DNA of 62,840 bases, filler included, from Choristocarpus tenellus KU-1152 (GCA_964200185.2; 9 parts of 9 records of this genome joined end to end with filler, not necessarily neighbours in it), one strand, 5' to 3'. Positions 38,479 to 55,710 are shown, counted from the first letter of the whole stretch. The notes: generated from the sequence alone by a model not told the origin. Numbers and translations are program-made.

Positions 38479-39358
38479 TAGGCAAGGACTCGGAGTACAC
38501 ACCTGTCAGGAGTGCCACAGGGATGTCCCCGAACGCCCTTTCAGTGTACAGTGGCGGAACTGAGTCACAAGTACCAGGGAACCTATACGACCATAGCGTG
38601 AGGCGAAGTGAGAACCGTGTACATGCCAATAGTACCACAACCCGGAGGGACAAGCCTTCCTAGAAGGATAAAGGGAAGCGCAAAGGACCATGATCAAGAA
38701 AAAGAGGGTTATAGAAGACTCTGAAGACGAGGTGAATCGACCCGTTTGTTGTGACTTGTCAGGTCCAGAGAAATATCCTACGGAGGACGTGAGGGGGCGG
38801 CTAGGCAAGGACTCGGAGTACACGCCTGTCAGGAGTGTCACAGGGATGTCCCCGAACGCCCGCTCAGTGGACAGCAGTAGAACTGAGTTACAAGTACCAG
38901 GGAACCTGCGCGACCATAGTATGAAGCGAAGTGAGAACCGCGTACATGCCGATAGTACCACAACCCCGAGGGACAAGCTTTCAGAGCAGGACAAAGGGAA
39001 GCACACAAGGACCCTGATTAGGAAAAAGAGGGTTATAGAAGACTCTGAAGACGAGGTGGACCGATCCGATTGTGACGCTTTCACATGTCCAAAGGAACTT
39101 CCTGTGGAGAGGATGTGAGGGGGCAGCTAGGCAAGGACTCGGAGTACACACCCGTCCGGATTGACACAGGGATGTCCCCGAACGCCCATTCGGTGGGCAA
39201 CGGCAGCGATGAGGCAAAAGTGCCAGGGAACGTGTACAACCATAGTGTGAGGCCAAGTGGGAACCGCATACATACTTATAGTACCACAACCCCAAGGGAC
39301 AAGCCTTCCGAGAAGGGCAATGTCCGGGGTTCTAGGTCCCTGATTAGGAAAAAGAGGG
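38479..39358 (+). repeat. Coding tandem repeat, ~324-bp (108-aa) unit, at least 2.7 copies, running off the contig start
   Basis: AGGCAAGGACTCGGAGTACAC at 38480, 38803 and 39129 (periods 323 and 326); units encode GKDSEYTPVR..TGMSPNA...TTTPRDK...RKKR. Confidence 0.95.
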
Positions 39359-41100
39359 GGAGAGAAGGTGCTGGACAGACAAAACCCTTCAAACAGCCTG
39401 GTGGTCCTGATGGCAGCACATTAGAACCTGACTTCCTCGACAACGTCTTCGCTTCTGCCAAGATGGGCAGATACACGGTACATCCATGTTCATCCACATT
39501 GAGGGACGACGATGACGACCAAAGATCATCTCGTGGTGCGGAGGATTGCGTCACACAGGGGGCGGCCGACTCCGGCGATGCATCCGATGTGGGGATCACC
39601 GAAGCCTTCATGGAGGCGTGCGTTACCGAGCTCCTACCATCGGCAACGAAACCTGCTTCTTCACAGTATCGAGTGCAGACTCAAATCCTCACCCAAGTCA
39701 TATACGATCATGGGTTCAGGCTCGTCAAGGCCAGTAAAGGGGCCGTTTCTCTTGTTTTCGGGGATGAATGCTACGTCCATGAGCTCACACAGGTTAAACT
39801 CGGTGATCGTGGAGGGAAGTCAGTATGCAAAAGAAAGCTACTGAAGTAGAGTCTTTTCATTATGCTGAATGGATGTATTTATCAGCGGAGTGAGCACAGC
39901 CCTCGGTGGTGGGGGGGGTGCTCTCTCTAATTATCTTATTTTTTATTGCATATGTCAGCTGACACATCAGCTGACACATCAAAACGTGATTTGCCGTTAC
40001 ATCGTACTATGTCACTTATCCTGTGTAGCTAGTACTATGTCAATAATCCTCCATCAGTCCTTTTATATCAAGTAATAAGAAATTAATCATCTGATATTTG
40101 AATTTATTACTCTAAGCACACGATAGCAAGTCAATGACACTTGTTCCACTTAGTCAACATTCCTGTTGTCTAGGAGGGGTCACTAAACAGCTATAGATCA
40201 TATAGACTACCAGCCTATATTGCACAGCCAGACAATACGTTGCGTCCCGAGCATGTGGAAGCACTCCAGGCGAAGAAGGCTATCTTCTTGAGCCTCGTGA
40301 AGCCGGAACCTTGAAACACCAGGTACTCCACACACCTAAATCTATGGCACCTTCTTGTCGAGGCATATCCTAAGCTTGAAGAGTGGTTGGTGGGAGAAGG
40401 GTGACGAATGCAATTTCGAGTCCACCCAGCAGTTGAAATAGGGCTTCGGTCGTTTCTGTTTTCTGTTGAAGTACGGGTAGAGTTGCAAGTTGTGCAGATT
40501 TGCCATGGTGTCCGACTCCCATGTTCATGCACTTAGAATTCCACGAGTTATGCATTTACATAGTGGTATAAGCTACATTGCTCCTGGTCAGAGTCGTCAG
40601 CATATCATATATCATCCTCATGTTGAGGATCAGACCTGTCTTATCATTTGTTTTAAAAAGCGTGTCTGCTACAATGTTACAGCCCTAAAATATAATACAT
40701 CAATCAAACAACTCTTCTCCATCTGCGCGGCTAACCTTTCCAAACAATTCGCCTGGGGCAGCGATGAATACCCTGTCCTTCTGTGAGCCACTATTTATTC
40801 CTTGTACACTATAACGCATCTCCCTCCATTCTTCTCAATACTCTATGTGCCACCTCTTGCTTGGCCCAACTGTCGACAAACTAGTTTCGATCAAGTGTAG
40901 TCATTCGAATCGTAGGGGATCATATGCCTAAGTCCACCCACGATGCCCCTAAGCACAGCACCAACCCAGGACCTGTGGAAGTGTATCTTGAACTACTTTC
41001 CTCGGAACGTACGACAATTTTCCTTGACCAATAACCACTTGTATACGCGTCCATATTCCGTCTACACCTTTCCCGTACCTCATACCAACAACTTCTACCC
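39085..41100 (+). pseudogene. hAT-like transposase, decayed, probably intron-containing
   Basis: VIYDHGFRLVKA...ECYVHEL matches the hAT VVTDNxxNMxKA...CxxH motif; KPEP*NTRYSTH (~40300) resembles TRWNS; EVYLE...DQ*PLVY (~41000) resembles the start of the dimerisation region. Confidence 0.6.
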
Positions 41101-41196
41101 AAACACCCTCAGCAACAACCACGTCTTACTACACACAACATCCAAAACATGCACGCAAACAAACGAAAATGTTAGATTTAAACTGTGCATGAAACA

Positions 41197-41451
41197 GAGC
41201 GAAGATTTCTTAGAGGGCACGAGTTTTGCCCTGCTTGTCCCTTTAGTGCTTGGCTTCTAACGCTTTTTTTATGACATTTACCTACTCTGAAACGTTTCTA
41301 AGTAGAAAAATGTATACGTTATGAAAAAAGTGAGTCCAAAACGATATTGACACTTACTAACAAACACGATAGCCAAATCTGCATCAAAATCACAATTTTG
41401 GTGTTTGACCCCCATTTCGACACCGCTCTACCCTCTAAGACACTTTGGCTC
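41197..41451 (-). mobile_element. Family-A MITE, reverse orientation (255 bp)
   Basis: GAGCGAAGATTTCTTAGAGGG ... CCCTCTAAGACACTTTGGCTC; no TSD recognisable. Confidence 0.85.
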
Positions 41452-43199
41452 CGTATGTTTTGTTTCCTTGTGCACACGCAGGGAGAACAGACCCAAACTG
41501 ACAGTCCTCTATGTGTACACACCAGACACGACCGATGCAAGCAAATAAACAAACAAAGCAACCCCGCAGCAGCCAATATTATTTTTTTCTATTCCTGAAA
41601 AATAATGGGAAAACACACCCTAACCGACAACCCTCTTTGGTGCTAACCAAATCCCAGTCATGCAACACAAAAAAAAAATCCAGCCCTGGAACAGCCTGAC
41701 ACGTATCTCTTGTTCTTCATCGTAACTGCGCGACCAACACACAACAACCAAAAAACCTGTTTTAGCAGACTCGACCATCTGACCCATGCAAGCGTCCAAA
41801 CCCTCCTAATCAAACCCAATTATTAAATGGCGGCATATATCCCCGTTCCTCTTGCGTACTCAAGGACAGATATGAACCTAACCAACAGTCTTCTTAGTTT
41901 TGCTGACATTTCCAATCCGACACGTGCGACCAAATCACAACAAAAAGGGAAAATCGAAAAAGAGTGAAAAACGGGCGCCGGCCCCCACACACACATACTT
42001 TGCCCCTCCATGTATCCAATATAGGTCACGATAATTGGACTGAGTAATTACCATTTGTCTAACTTAGCCTACCACACAGCATACAATGCTATTGTAGAAA
42101 AAACTCCCTTTTCTTGATGTTTGGGTGTCGTTCTCTCTTGCTTATAGATACGATACTAGGAGTCCATGAAGTTGTACCTACACGTGTTTAAGATTATACT
42201 ACTTGTAATACCATAGATTCCTTACAATTCCCTATGGGTGAAGCCCATTGTAATATCTACAAACATGTGTCACAGCAAGAGTTGGGTAATATTAATTTGT
42301 CTTTTCCTAAGTATGAACTAGGAACGTTTGTACGGTTACAAGAACCTTACACCACATCAGACAATCCTGATCCAATTGTGCACCCAAAATAGAGGCACAG
42401 TGTAAATCTAGAAAGTGTAGGGAAGCCGCCGTCTGGAGGGGTGTATGGATACGTTCGTAATGAAGTTTGTGGGAGATTACGGTGGTCCAGCTCACAGATG
42501 TTGCTGCAGTTGTTGAGTACAGGTGACCAGGAACCATCAGCACTTTGAAGGACGAACGGATGCATGGAGAGTCGGGATGATGCAGTAGCCCAGTGAACGC
42601 GGTTAGTTGTGTTGGATTCCTTGGCGGTTTTTGCATTAAATTAATTACTCGTTGAGACTTTATGGCCAATACATCATTTTCCAGATATTTTTGGTCGGTT
42701 TTACTGTTTTTGCTAAATCCGGCATTCCAAGAAAAAACGTTTGTGTTCAGGGGCCCGTTTCTCAACCATTTCGAAATGACTCGATATTTTGAAGATATCT
42801 ATGTGCAAGCCGAAGTTGTTCGCTTTGGAATGATATTATTTGTTATTCCTGAATCTCACACTACAGTATTTGAAAACGTTATTAACAAAAAAACATAACG
42901 ATACAGACTTATGGGATAGCGGAGTATATTACCTAACTTGAATCAATATCTAAAAAACTCATGTGACACACATTATGTATATATTTGTGATAGGTAGCCA
43001 CTGTTCTTATGCTCCCTGTGTACTATGATGTTCTAAAATTGATTGGTGATGTTGTGATGATGAGTTGGGTGATTTGAGAGGAGGAAATAACGACCAATAC
43101 AATCAACAAGTTAACATTCAGTATGAACCGTAGATATTGTATCGTATCAAGAACAATCAAATATCGATGCCCATCGCTTACTCGACATGACCAGGGCCG

Positions 43200-45390
43200 T
43201 CAGCCACCTATGTTCAACCAAGTTCGAACACGACCGAGCCCATGACCATCAACTGTTTCAACATGGCCGGGTTCACGACTGGTGCGTGGCCATATGGTCG
43301 ACAGTGGACATGCTGACTGCCTGGCCCAATGAAAAGCCCTGATTAAATTCCCTGCTATTGTAGCTTGTTTGGTGCCATAAAGTTCTTTCACTAAACGCAC
43401 AATGTTCCCTGACCAGACCACATCTCCATCACACAAACGAACAAATATTTCCTCTCTGATTTCTGCTTGTATAAAGGTCCGCTTCACGTTCTAGTGCATT
43501 AATCCTTTATCTGCAGCTAGTGCCAAAACCGTTCTTAAACACACAGGTCATGTTGTCAGAGCAAAGGTATCATAGCAATCTATGTCCTTAAACTCATGAT
43601 AACCTTTGTATCTCACTACCTTTACAAATTTATTGAACTTGAGCTTATGAATCTATCTTGTGTAGATTACCCTGCTTCCAGGGAGTAACACGGCCTCCAC
43701 CTAACTGTCATTTAGACAACAAACCAGACATCTCTTCCGCCCTAGCTCGATCCCATAATTTTTTCCAGGAAGCTATGTGCTGCTACTACAGTCTTGGGTT
43801 CTCGAGGGAATTCATCCACTAACACTCTAAATAGATATATAAATAGACTCGCCACTCACACAAATCATAAGGGTGGTCTCAATGGAAAACAAACAAGACA
43901 TACCAAACGATGCAACTCTTGTAAAACAAAACAGCAGATATAATATCAAAACAGTTAGCACGGGCACCAGGTGCAGTGCTGGAGAATGTTGACCTCCAGT
44001 GTCAAGTCTCCACTTCCTGAATTCTCACCAATCCAGGAAAAAGTCTCATATTACCATCTTGTTTGTACCTCCACATCTCCAAACAAAGAGATTTCAACAG
44101 CGTATTCCCCTGTACCCTCGATCAGTCCAGGAGATATCATTCTCAACACCCTCCAGTTCTTGGACTGAGAGCATATATACCGTTTGGTGGTTGGGAAAAT
44201 ATGAGGGGGAAATATGTAGATAGGAGTTGTTCCCTTACTCAATAGGGGGAACAATTGTTTGGGTGGGGTTTCCAGCGCACAGCATGTGCCAAGTAAATAT
44301 CACAATTTCGCTCAAAAATAAACGGAAGACCCTCCCCATCAGTAATAGTATGTGCATCCCTGTTCCTCAGAGAGTATTTCCTCCACTTTACAAGCAGAGT
44401 GTGAGGACAGGATATTGTATGCGAGATTGGGGACAAGGGCGACAAAGTCCAAAATTACATGCACCCACTCTTCGTGGCCTACTTTGAAGTTAACTTCGAG
44501 CATGCCATGTCCCTCAATAGGTGAGAATGACCATCGACCACAGTCATTTTGCGGCCTCCAGGACACAGTCTAAAATGATAAATGTTAGTCAGGTCATTTG
44601 TCACATTATTGGATGCCCCTGAATCAAAGCACCATCTCTCTATCCAAACACTCTCACATTGTTATTTTCAGCTATGGCAGCCAATGTATCCCTAAATCTC
44701 CTTCCTCTGTTTTTCCTTGGTGGCCCCAACCCTGACCCAGCCAATACTCTCACCTGTTTAGGCGGGGTCGCCCCCCCCTGGTGATAGACGTACTGCGGCC
44801 GTCCCCTTTCCCCACAGTTTAGACATGATCCTTCGAAAATACTTGGCCCGGCATGCTTAATCAGTCCGTATTTGTTTTCATCGCTCTTGAGGCCCAGTCT
44901 CAGACCTGGTTCGGGATTCTGTCATACCAGGGTTCGCATGATAACCAGTCGTGCTGTAGCCACTATCTCGGTTGGCCTTTGGTGTCATCACTTTAAGAGT
45001 GCTCCCAGTCTTTTCGCGGTTCCCTGCCTCCCTGCAAAAAAAAATATTGTGAACAAGCAGCATGCTATATAATTGCTCTCATCTGTTACAGGCGCCCCAG
45101 AAAGCTTACCTCCCCAGGTTGTATAGCTCCAATCTACGGTCTTGTAGATGGTACTGATGTACGCATAGGACTCCTGATGCACAAGTCGTCAAGTATGCTG
45201 GATCTCTCCCTTGGATTATCGTCAATATCATGGTATGAAAAGGAACTGAACAACAATGTCTTATCACAATCAGGGACCATAATGACCAAATAATAAGTAA
45301 ATAGTCAAGAAATACAAATATATCAAATCTAGAACTTCAATGCCATAATGCTGTTTTATGAAACCGCCATCAAGAAATATTGCCTGTGAC
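43200..45390 (-). mobile_element. Decayed Ty1/copia gag-pol
   Basis: Zinc knuckle FEGSCLNCGKG (~44820); protease WCFDSGAS (~44620); IEGHG...VALVPNLAYNILS; RT FIQAEIREEIFV...VRLVKELYGTKQA (43200-43487). Copia domain order; internally deleted. Confidence 0.85.
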
Positions 45391-47045
45391 ACATCCTCTC
45401 CCCCCTAGCATGAAGCATAACTGCTTCAATGCAATAAACAGGCGATTGGACAAGGAGATAGAATTTCACTCCTCATCCTATCATGAACACAGCAGAAATG
45501 AAATTAGTGTCACTTCCGGGTCCTAACATATCAGTAGGCAGCGTTGTGGATCCAGCGGAGGAGGAAACCTGGAGGAAAAACCCTTCCAACGTTTGCCCTG
45601 ACAACAGATATGTTTGCGCAACACTCACACCTCACAGCACTCAATCTGCATTTCACTCAACGTTCAAAAGAAAAAACTCCTACACCAGAGTCTCATACAC
45701 ACATCAAAAGTAGGGTACTGTCGAAAAAGACTCCGCCCCTTCCGAGATAAACAAACGAAAATACAGCCACAAAACCATAGTAGCACTGAACTTGGGTATT
45801 GCCATGGACTCTCCCTCTTCAGAACTAAAACACATCAACGACAGGGCACTAAGACCATGACTCACAGTCGCAAAAGAGATTGGATGCTTTCATGGAAAGG
45901 CTTACCCTTGCTAGGAACTATGAATATATACAATAAAAAATAACAATGGAAAGCATCTCAGCAAGTCTCTCCCTCTTCACAACTCTCAGCAAAAATGAAT
46001 ACAGGAAAAAAATTACAATAGCACTGAAATAGGGTGCTGCTGTAGACTGTACCCCTTCACAACTATAAACACAAATTATAGGACACCAAGATGTCTCACA
46101 GTCACAAACAAGAACAAGGTCNNNNNNNNNNNNNNNNNNNNNNNNNNNNNNNNNNNNNNNNNNNNTTAATTAATTAANNNNNNNNNNNNNNNNNNNNNNN
46201 NNNNNNNNNNNNNNNNNNNNNTTATCAGTTATTGTTACACTCAGTTTATCCCCGCCCCTGTTTGCCCCCCCCCCCCCTGGCATTTGAAGGGTTGGTTGGA
46301 CCGTCTTTCTGGGCTGGACATGCACTGCCTTTCCTTTCCTCTGGGTTGTGTATTTAAGGTTGATGTACATGGCGGGATGGAGGTCTAAGATAATTCACAA
46401 TATGGGCAAGCCGTTGGGAGCTGGTCCAGTAGTGCCAGTTGCAGCGGCAGGGTCTGAATGTTCCTACTCTGCGGTCAGGCGTCTTGCGGTTGATGGAGAG
46501 GAGAGTGACAGGGGTGCTGGGAGGTGGGAAGGAGGAGGCATCTTAGGGGGCGAGGAAGGTCTCGGTCTTACGGGTGGTAAGAGTGGTAGCAGTGATGAAG
46601 GCAGCCCTGAGGGCAGTTCCATAGGAAAGGATGTGAAGCTGATGAGGGCGGCTGCACTAAGGGAGAGCATTGCAGCACTCGTGTTCCTAACAGCAGGGCT
46701 GACTCTTCTTCCATCTTATAAGGCATTGTCTGGAGCTGTGTCTCTGGGTGGGTTGCTGGGGCCAGCGGCTGGGGTGGTGGTGTTGTTGATATTTGGGCTG
46801 ACGCTGGAGATGCTGAGACTCCCAATGCTATGGTACTACCTTGGGCGTGAATGGGAGGGTAGGGGCAGGTGGCCAATAGAGTGATGAGGGGGAGATGGGG
46901 GACTGGAGGTGAGGACAGGGATCGGTTGGGATGGTGGAAGGGAAGGAAGAATAGATCCTCTGATTTGCTCTTTGCACTTGTGGAGTACTGGGCACTATTG
47001 AGGAGGTTGGAGGGAGCCATTTGCCCTGTCACAAATGGAATGGGG

Positions 47046-47063
47046 TTAGGGTTAGGGTTAGGG
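47046..47063 (+). repeat. Interstitial telomere-type (TTAGGG)3
   Basis: Read directly; degenerate versions near 28625, 31650, 50965, 53490 and 53840. Confidence 0.6.
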
Positions 47064-48401
47064 CTAGTGCTTGTGTCCGACAGAGGTGAGGTTCGTACTC
47101 ACTTGGGGAAGAGGCTGGTCTTCACAGAGGGTATCATTGTAGGACAGTGTGTGATTGGTGTGCTCGCATTTACGAATTCTGATACAGCTTAGGAAGAAAT
47201 TGCGGTGGTGAGAGTGAGGCTTCACATGGTGGACCTGGCGAAGTAAGTGTCCATGCCTTAACAATGGAGGAGGGCCTCAAGTACTTACGCCTTGAGTATG
47301 CAAATCTCCTGAGTACAGGAGGTCAAATGGTACACCTGTGGTTCAGTCATAACGCAGTTACTTGGCTGTACTTGTGCAAACCCGTTACTGTGTTATGACC
47401 GAACCTGTCAACTGACCTGCAGTGATAACCTGTTTCATCTCTCTGATGGTGACCCCAACGTTAACACAAAATACCAGTCTGCTTGTGCTACAGAAATGAT
47501 GGGGGGTTAGTTGGTCGTCAAGGTCTAGGATGGTGTGGGTGTGTGTGTGTGTGTTGTGTGAACAACAGTGGGTTGTGATGCACTGGTAATGTGGCCCGCA
47601 TGGAGATAGAAAAGGAACTGACAATGTATCTACCGGTGCTCCATACCTTTGTCTTTGTGTTGGTTTACATCATGTTGTAGATATATTGGCGTTCGACGCG
47701 ACTGCCACTGCTACATTTGTAGAATATGTAATGCGAGCTGTATCGCTTGCTGAAGAGGGCCATACCTTGATTCGGATAAACTGTGTTATTATTGATGTGG
47801 CGGTGAGAATCTATGCATTTCGTTGGATTGTTCTTTGGGGTGCTCTCTTTGCCTTGGAACATTTGTCTTGTGGTGTTATTCAAGTCTCACGTTATTTGTT
47901 AAGCCCATACGTGGGATGAGTGGGTGTTTCGTGTAGGGAGATACGCTTCCGACCAACAAACACAAGAGATATCATTTTTATATTTTATTTGTTTTGTTTC
48001 CTGGAGCGGTGTGGTGCCAGGATGTCCTGTATCTTCATAAAGGCAACTGTAGTAGCAGAGCTTCAGTTCCTCAAATAGATGAGTGTTATCACACGCATGG
48101 ATAGAAGATGAAGAGCAGCAGCAGTATCCTTTTAATAATAATACTACAAAAATGTGTTACGTATTGTTCAGAGCACACTCTTCTATATTATACTACAAGA
48201 TCATATATCTCTGTGAGGCAGGTGGGTATTCAAAACCGCTAAGAGTGAGAGATGAATCGAGAGACCGGCCACTGAGGTTGAGAATAGAATAACGGCATTT
48301 CTCAACAGCTCTCATCCCCCAGAACCCAGCAAGCAATTTGGCTGATCGTTATGTGGGAATTTTGGAGCTGTGTTGTTCATGATGGAAGAAAAGTGTTATA
48401 A

Positions 48402-48499
48402 TTCCTAACAAACACAATAGACAAAATTACATCAAAATCACAACATTGGATTTTGACCCCCAAATGGATGCGGCTCTACCCTCTAAGATACTTTGGCTC
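48402..48499 (-). mobile_element. Family-A MITE, partial copy
   Basis: TTCCTAACAAACAC...CTACCCTCTAAGATACTTTGGCTC. Confidence 0.85.
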
Positions 48500-49029
48500 A
48501 ATACAGAGTAGTAGTAGTGGATAACAAAGGTCCCCTACACTTAGTTGTGGGTGTGCTAGGCCGCAACAAAGGGTTTGTTATCGTTATTACTGAAAAGGTT
48601 GTCCTGCCTTCTGAATGGATGGGATAAGGCAAACCTTTGTACAGAGGCCTAATTGACCTAGATCATTGCTTCGCCTTCATGAGGACGACGGCTGTATAAC
48701 CTGCCTTTAAGGAAGGTAGTTGAAGTACTACCTACTTTAGGAATTTTGTGTACAGTCACAACATTTTAAATTGAAGCATAAAGCTTGGCATACCACCAAC
48801 TAGTCCTGGAATTCTGGAATACTGCTAAATAAGAAATTGGTGGTTGGCAGAGTAGTATAGCACCATACATTTACTTCGAATGGTACAACAAATTCCAAAT
48901 ATACTGTCAATGGTTTTATTCTCAGTCATACTGTACCACCGACTAAGCTGAAACCCAATCATATTAATATACTGGTGTCTAATCCCTTTTGCGGAAGAGT
49001 CCTCCAACAAACGTCACATTCTACACACA

Positions 49030-50800
49030 CTATTATATTATTATGCCCTCTGATATTTTACAGATTTGTCAGGGAGAAAGCCAATTCAACTTCATAAGAG
49101 CCCCTTTAAAAGAAACAGTAGTCGTAAATGTGTAAGATTGTATTCTTAAATATATTCACTATTTGGCTACCAGCTATACTACACCACTCCCCCACTATGC
49201 CTACAACCTAGCTTAGCCCTACACCACGGGGTGAGGAGCTAGGGAAGCATCCAAGAATTTGACAGGCCCCTCCTTGCCCACCTCCCTGGTGTCTCCAGCT
49301 TAAAATGCATGACACATCTTGATAGAGTCACTTGTGTTGTGACAGACACTATCTGTCATAAACAGGATTTGACAGCTCTTTTCTTGCTGTAGCCTCCCGG
49401 CCCTCTCTCCCCTACCCCATGTGTAGCCAACTCATCTAGAAAACTTTCCGCTTGCTTACTCAGACGCCAAAAACTTTCCACCACAAAGGTGTTGAAGTTA
49501 AATTACGAGGGTCAAAAGAACCCTCGTATTTGATCAACAGTGTCAAGAATGTGCTTTATATTCTTGTGTAAGAGTAATTATATAAGAAAATAATGTAAGA
49601 ATATGGATTGATGAATTTGAACTTGGAAGAGCCCAGGAACAGGGAGTATTGTAGGAAGTAGTATGTAAAGCGAGTGATCTGTGATGGGTGATTGGTGATG
49701 CACAGAATAGGATAGATTTGGTGAAAGAGAACCCCCTCTTGGACTTGAAGGTTCACTCCTCCTTTGTCCTTCCTCACTTCACCTACAACCTGTCCAACCC
49801 GTCAAGGAGTGAATCAAGTCATTTATATACAAAAGTCTGAGGAACACCAGCTTCTTCACCAAACAGCAATCCTAATCTCTATAAAGATCTAGACTGATGG
49901 GATCCAGTACCTGGCGGTTCCTATCTTTCTGGACATATATATGTGGAGCAGAATTTGTGTTCCCACCTACAAGGTCCACAGCAGTAGTCTCCTCCCACAG
50001 ACCTAAAGTATAGTGTTTCTCAAGGGGGAAACTGTTGAGAGGATCACGGACATCTTACCTATTTTTTGCTCAAGTTGATTGAGGAATCAAACATCTAGAT
50101 ACTCACCACCCAGAATATGTTTATCATTAGAATTCGATCGAGGTGCAGTAGAAATTATGCTTGGAGGTGAAGAAAAGGCAAGTGGGGATATTCTTCTGAC
50201 AACCCCCTTGCATGTTTGGATTCATTCAAGCGTCCAGTTGGGTGTGGTTCGGGGGATCAATCATCTTCATGATGTTTGAGATGAGGTATGCGAATAATGC
50301 TTTCTTGCCAGTCGGCCTGTGCCTACACATGGCGGACCACCGTGGGTATCCTTTCATTGATTTGACATGGTCCTCTCGACAGGGACAACAACTTTTCTGT
50401 TGGGAGTGTCTGCTGAGGTGTGTGGCCTGGGCACCAACATCCCAACAGCAGTAACTTGAACAAAGGTAAGCGTTTTGGTCATTTGGCGTTATAAGTCAAA
50501 TTTTTCTTCTTTTGTGTTTCACCCAGATCTCTACGGATGAGATGCTAACATTTATTAAGAGTATCGATTTCTCTTGTTTGAGAACTTTTGATTTTGAACA
50601 AAAACTCCCCTACACGAATTTGAACAAAAAGACGATTTTTAACACATATTTGTCATCATTTAAAATGCTACCCTGCCTGGGGACGTCTCCTTTACTTTGG
50701 CTCCTTCATAAATGGGAATTCTGCATTCCAACGGCCATAAAACTTGTTGTGTAAACCCAAACCAGTTCATTCAGGGAGTATTCTCGCAGACAAGTCTATG
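49030..50800 (-). mobile_element. Decayed RLE-type (CRE-like) non-LTR retrotransposon
   Basis: KYEGSFDPR, FNTFVVESFWRLSKQAESFLDELA...KRAVKSCL*QIVSVTTQVTLSRCVMHFKLETPGR; 3' stem-loop and tail at 49030-49078. Weak RT-like motifs upstream (RGLSEEYPHLPFL ~50190; RLGLLF ~49870). Confidence 0.7.
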
Positions 50801-52081
50801 TGTCAATTAAAAATCTTCAACTGTCTGCTTACCTTACGCTTGAGCAGTGATACAAATGGCTTCTCCACCTCTCTCTCTCCCCAAAATGAGATTGGAAATG
50901 TAGAGGCCAAAGTACAAAAGGCAGCGATGGCCCCCAATCAGATTGGTTCGTGTTTGAATACATAGGGTTAGAGTTAGGGTTAGGTAGCATGCCACGTGTT
51001 GTCTTTCGAATGTGTTGCAGAACGCTATTGACTTGTGTTGTATATTGCGTATCTCACGCAACGCACACAGTGCTGAATGGTCACTTGCCACAGAGAAATA
51101 CTTAAGCCAGGATGTATGGGTGCCAATGTGTTACGGCAACGAGCGGCTGAACGTCGTCTGTGTCATCACTTAAAAAGGGCACCATCACAGCCCACAATTT
51201 GGAAACTGTCAAAATGCCACTAAAACGATGCATTTAATTAGAGGGCATGGACGATGTTGTAATTGTTGTTATGAACCGGTTCACCACAAGCTCTGACCAC
51301 TACAGTGGGTGCACAAGGACAGTTGACGACTCCAAAATCCTTAGACAAGGAGTCAACCACACCTGGCGAGGCTGCTGGCAGAGGGCTTATGCGTACGTAG
51401 GTGCCTGGCTGGAGCAGTTCCCTCTTCTTGTTTTCATCCAGGGTCAAGTTTTGATGGCATGGCCTAAGAACACGTAGGATGCACTAGGTCATTGGCACCC
51501 TATCCGGTAGTGAACAAACCTACAAATAGCTGTCACTATAATAGACAGATTCCACTACGCATTGTGTACCTACTACTTCCATCTCAAAAACCTTTGTACC
51601 TCCAGAATATTCGACAGAAAGAGCAATTTTCCAACAATAGGACAGTTTGAAGGGCGTGCTGAACCTACGTCTGTCCAGCAGTAGCTTGAGGTGTGTTCCA
51701 CACAGCTACCGGGGCTGAAACGACTGATTCAAGATCATGCAGCTTGCCACAGTTAGAGTCTTGAGTACAGACTAATAGTATGCTAGAGGGGGCTCGGGCA
51801 TACATTGATTTGGGGCCGTTACGACCCTGTAGTGACTTCATGTCATGTGAGTGAACATGTCAGATGTAAGGGCAATTTCTTTAGTTGGAACACACCTTCC
51901 TTTCCCATCCCCCTGCCCCGAACAAATCCATATGAAAATAGCCTGCAAAACGGGCATCCGGGGCATCTTACAAAACACCCCNNNNNNNNNNNNNNNNNNN
52001 NNNNNNNNNNNNNNNNNNNNNNNNNTTAATTAATTAANNNNNNNNNNNNNNNNNNNNNNNNNNNNNNNNNNNNNNNNNNNN

Positions 52082-52107
52082 CCCCCCCCCCCCGGATACT
52101 ATGAGCC
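52082..52107. mobile_element. Family-B MITE terminus at contig start
   Basis: C-run followed by GGATACTATGAGCC resembles CCCCCAGATACTTTGAGCC. Confidence 0.55.
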
Positions 52108-52555
52108 TGTGACTGCTCTTCCCACACTGCACCAACAACTGTTTCAGTCACTGCCCTCGATCTCAAAGGGTGATGACTACGATACATTGGTGCTAGAGAA
52201 ATAACACATGAATTGATGTTCTGTGATTAGGGAGGTTAATTACCGCCGGGCCCCCCGTATGCAGCGTCTTGCTGCAGTTATTACCTTAGCCCTGGCGACA
52301 GTCACCTCCCAACAGCATTGTATCCCGTGACGGGTGTCACCATATTGCTTCACACCAAGAAGGCCCATTCTTGATGTCAGCGTTGTTGAAGGTATTGATG
52401 CCATTCTTGATGTTGCTTTTGACAACACCGGTATATGATAGATGAGGACGTTTTGGACCAAATTGGCCCGATGAAGGCGCAGAATGTCGTAGTCCATCAG
52501 ACCATCTTGGATCCAGGCAACAACCTTTTAACCTACCATTGATAAATGACATTAG

Positions 52556-55710
<3,155 letters not shown>

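Noticed and set aside
38479-39358. CRISPR-like array
   Set aside because: Units are ~324 bp and homologous along their full length; there are no unique spacers and no cas genes.
46348-47192. Plus-strand Gly/Leu-rich ORFs resembling membrane proteins
   Set aside because: Probably antisense shadows of a stop-interrupted Pro/Ser/Thr-rich minus-strand stretch; no family support.
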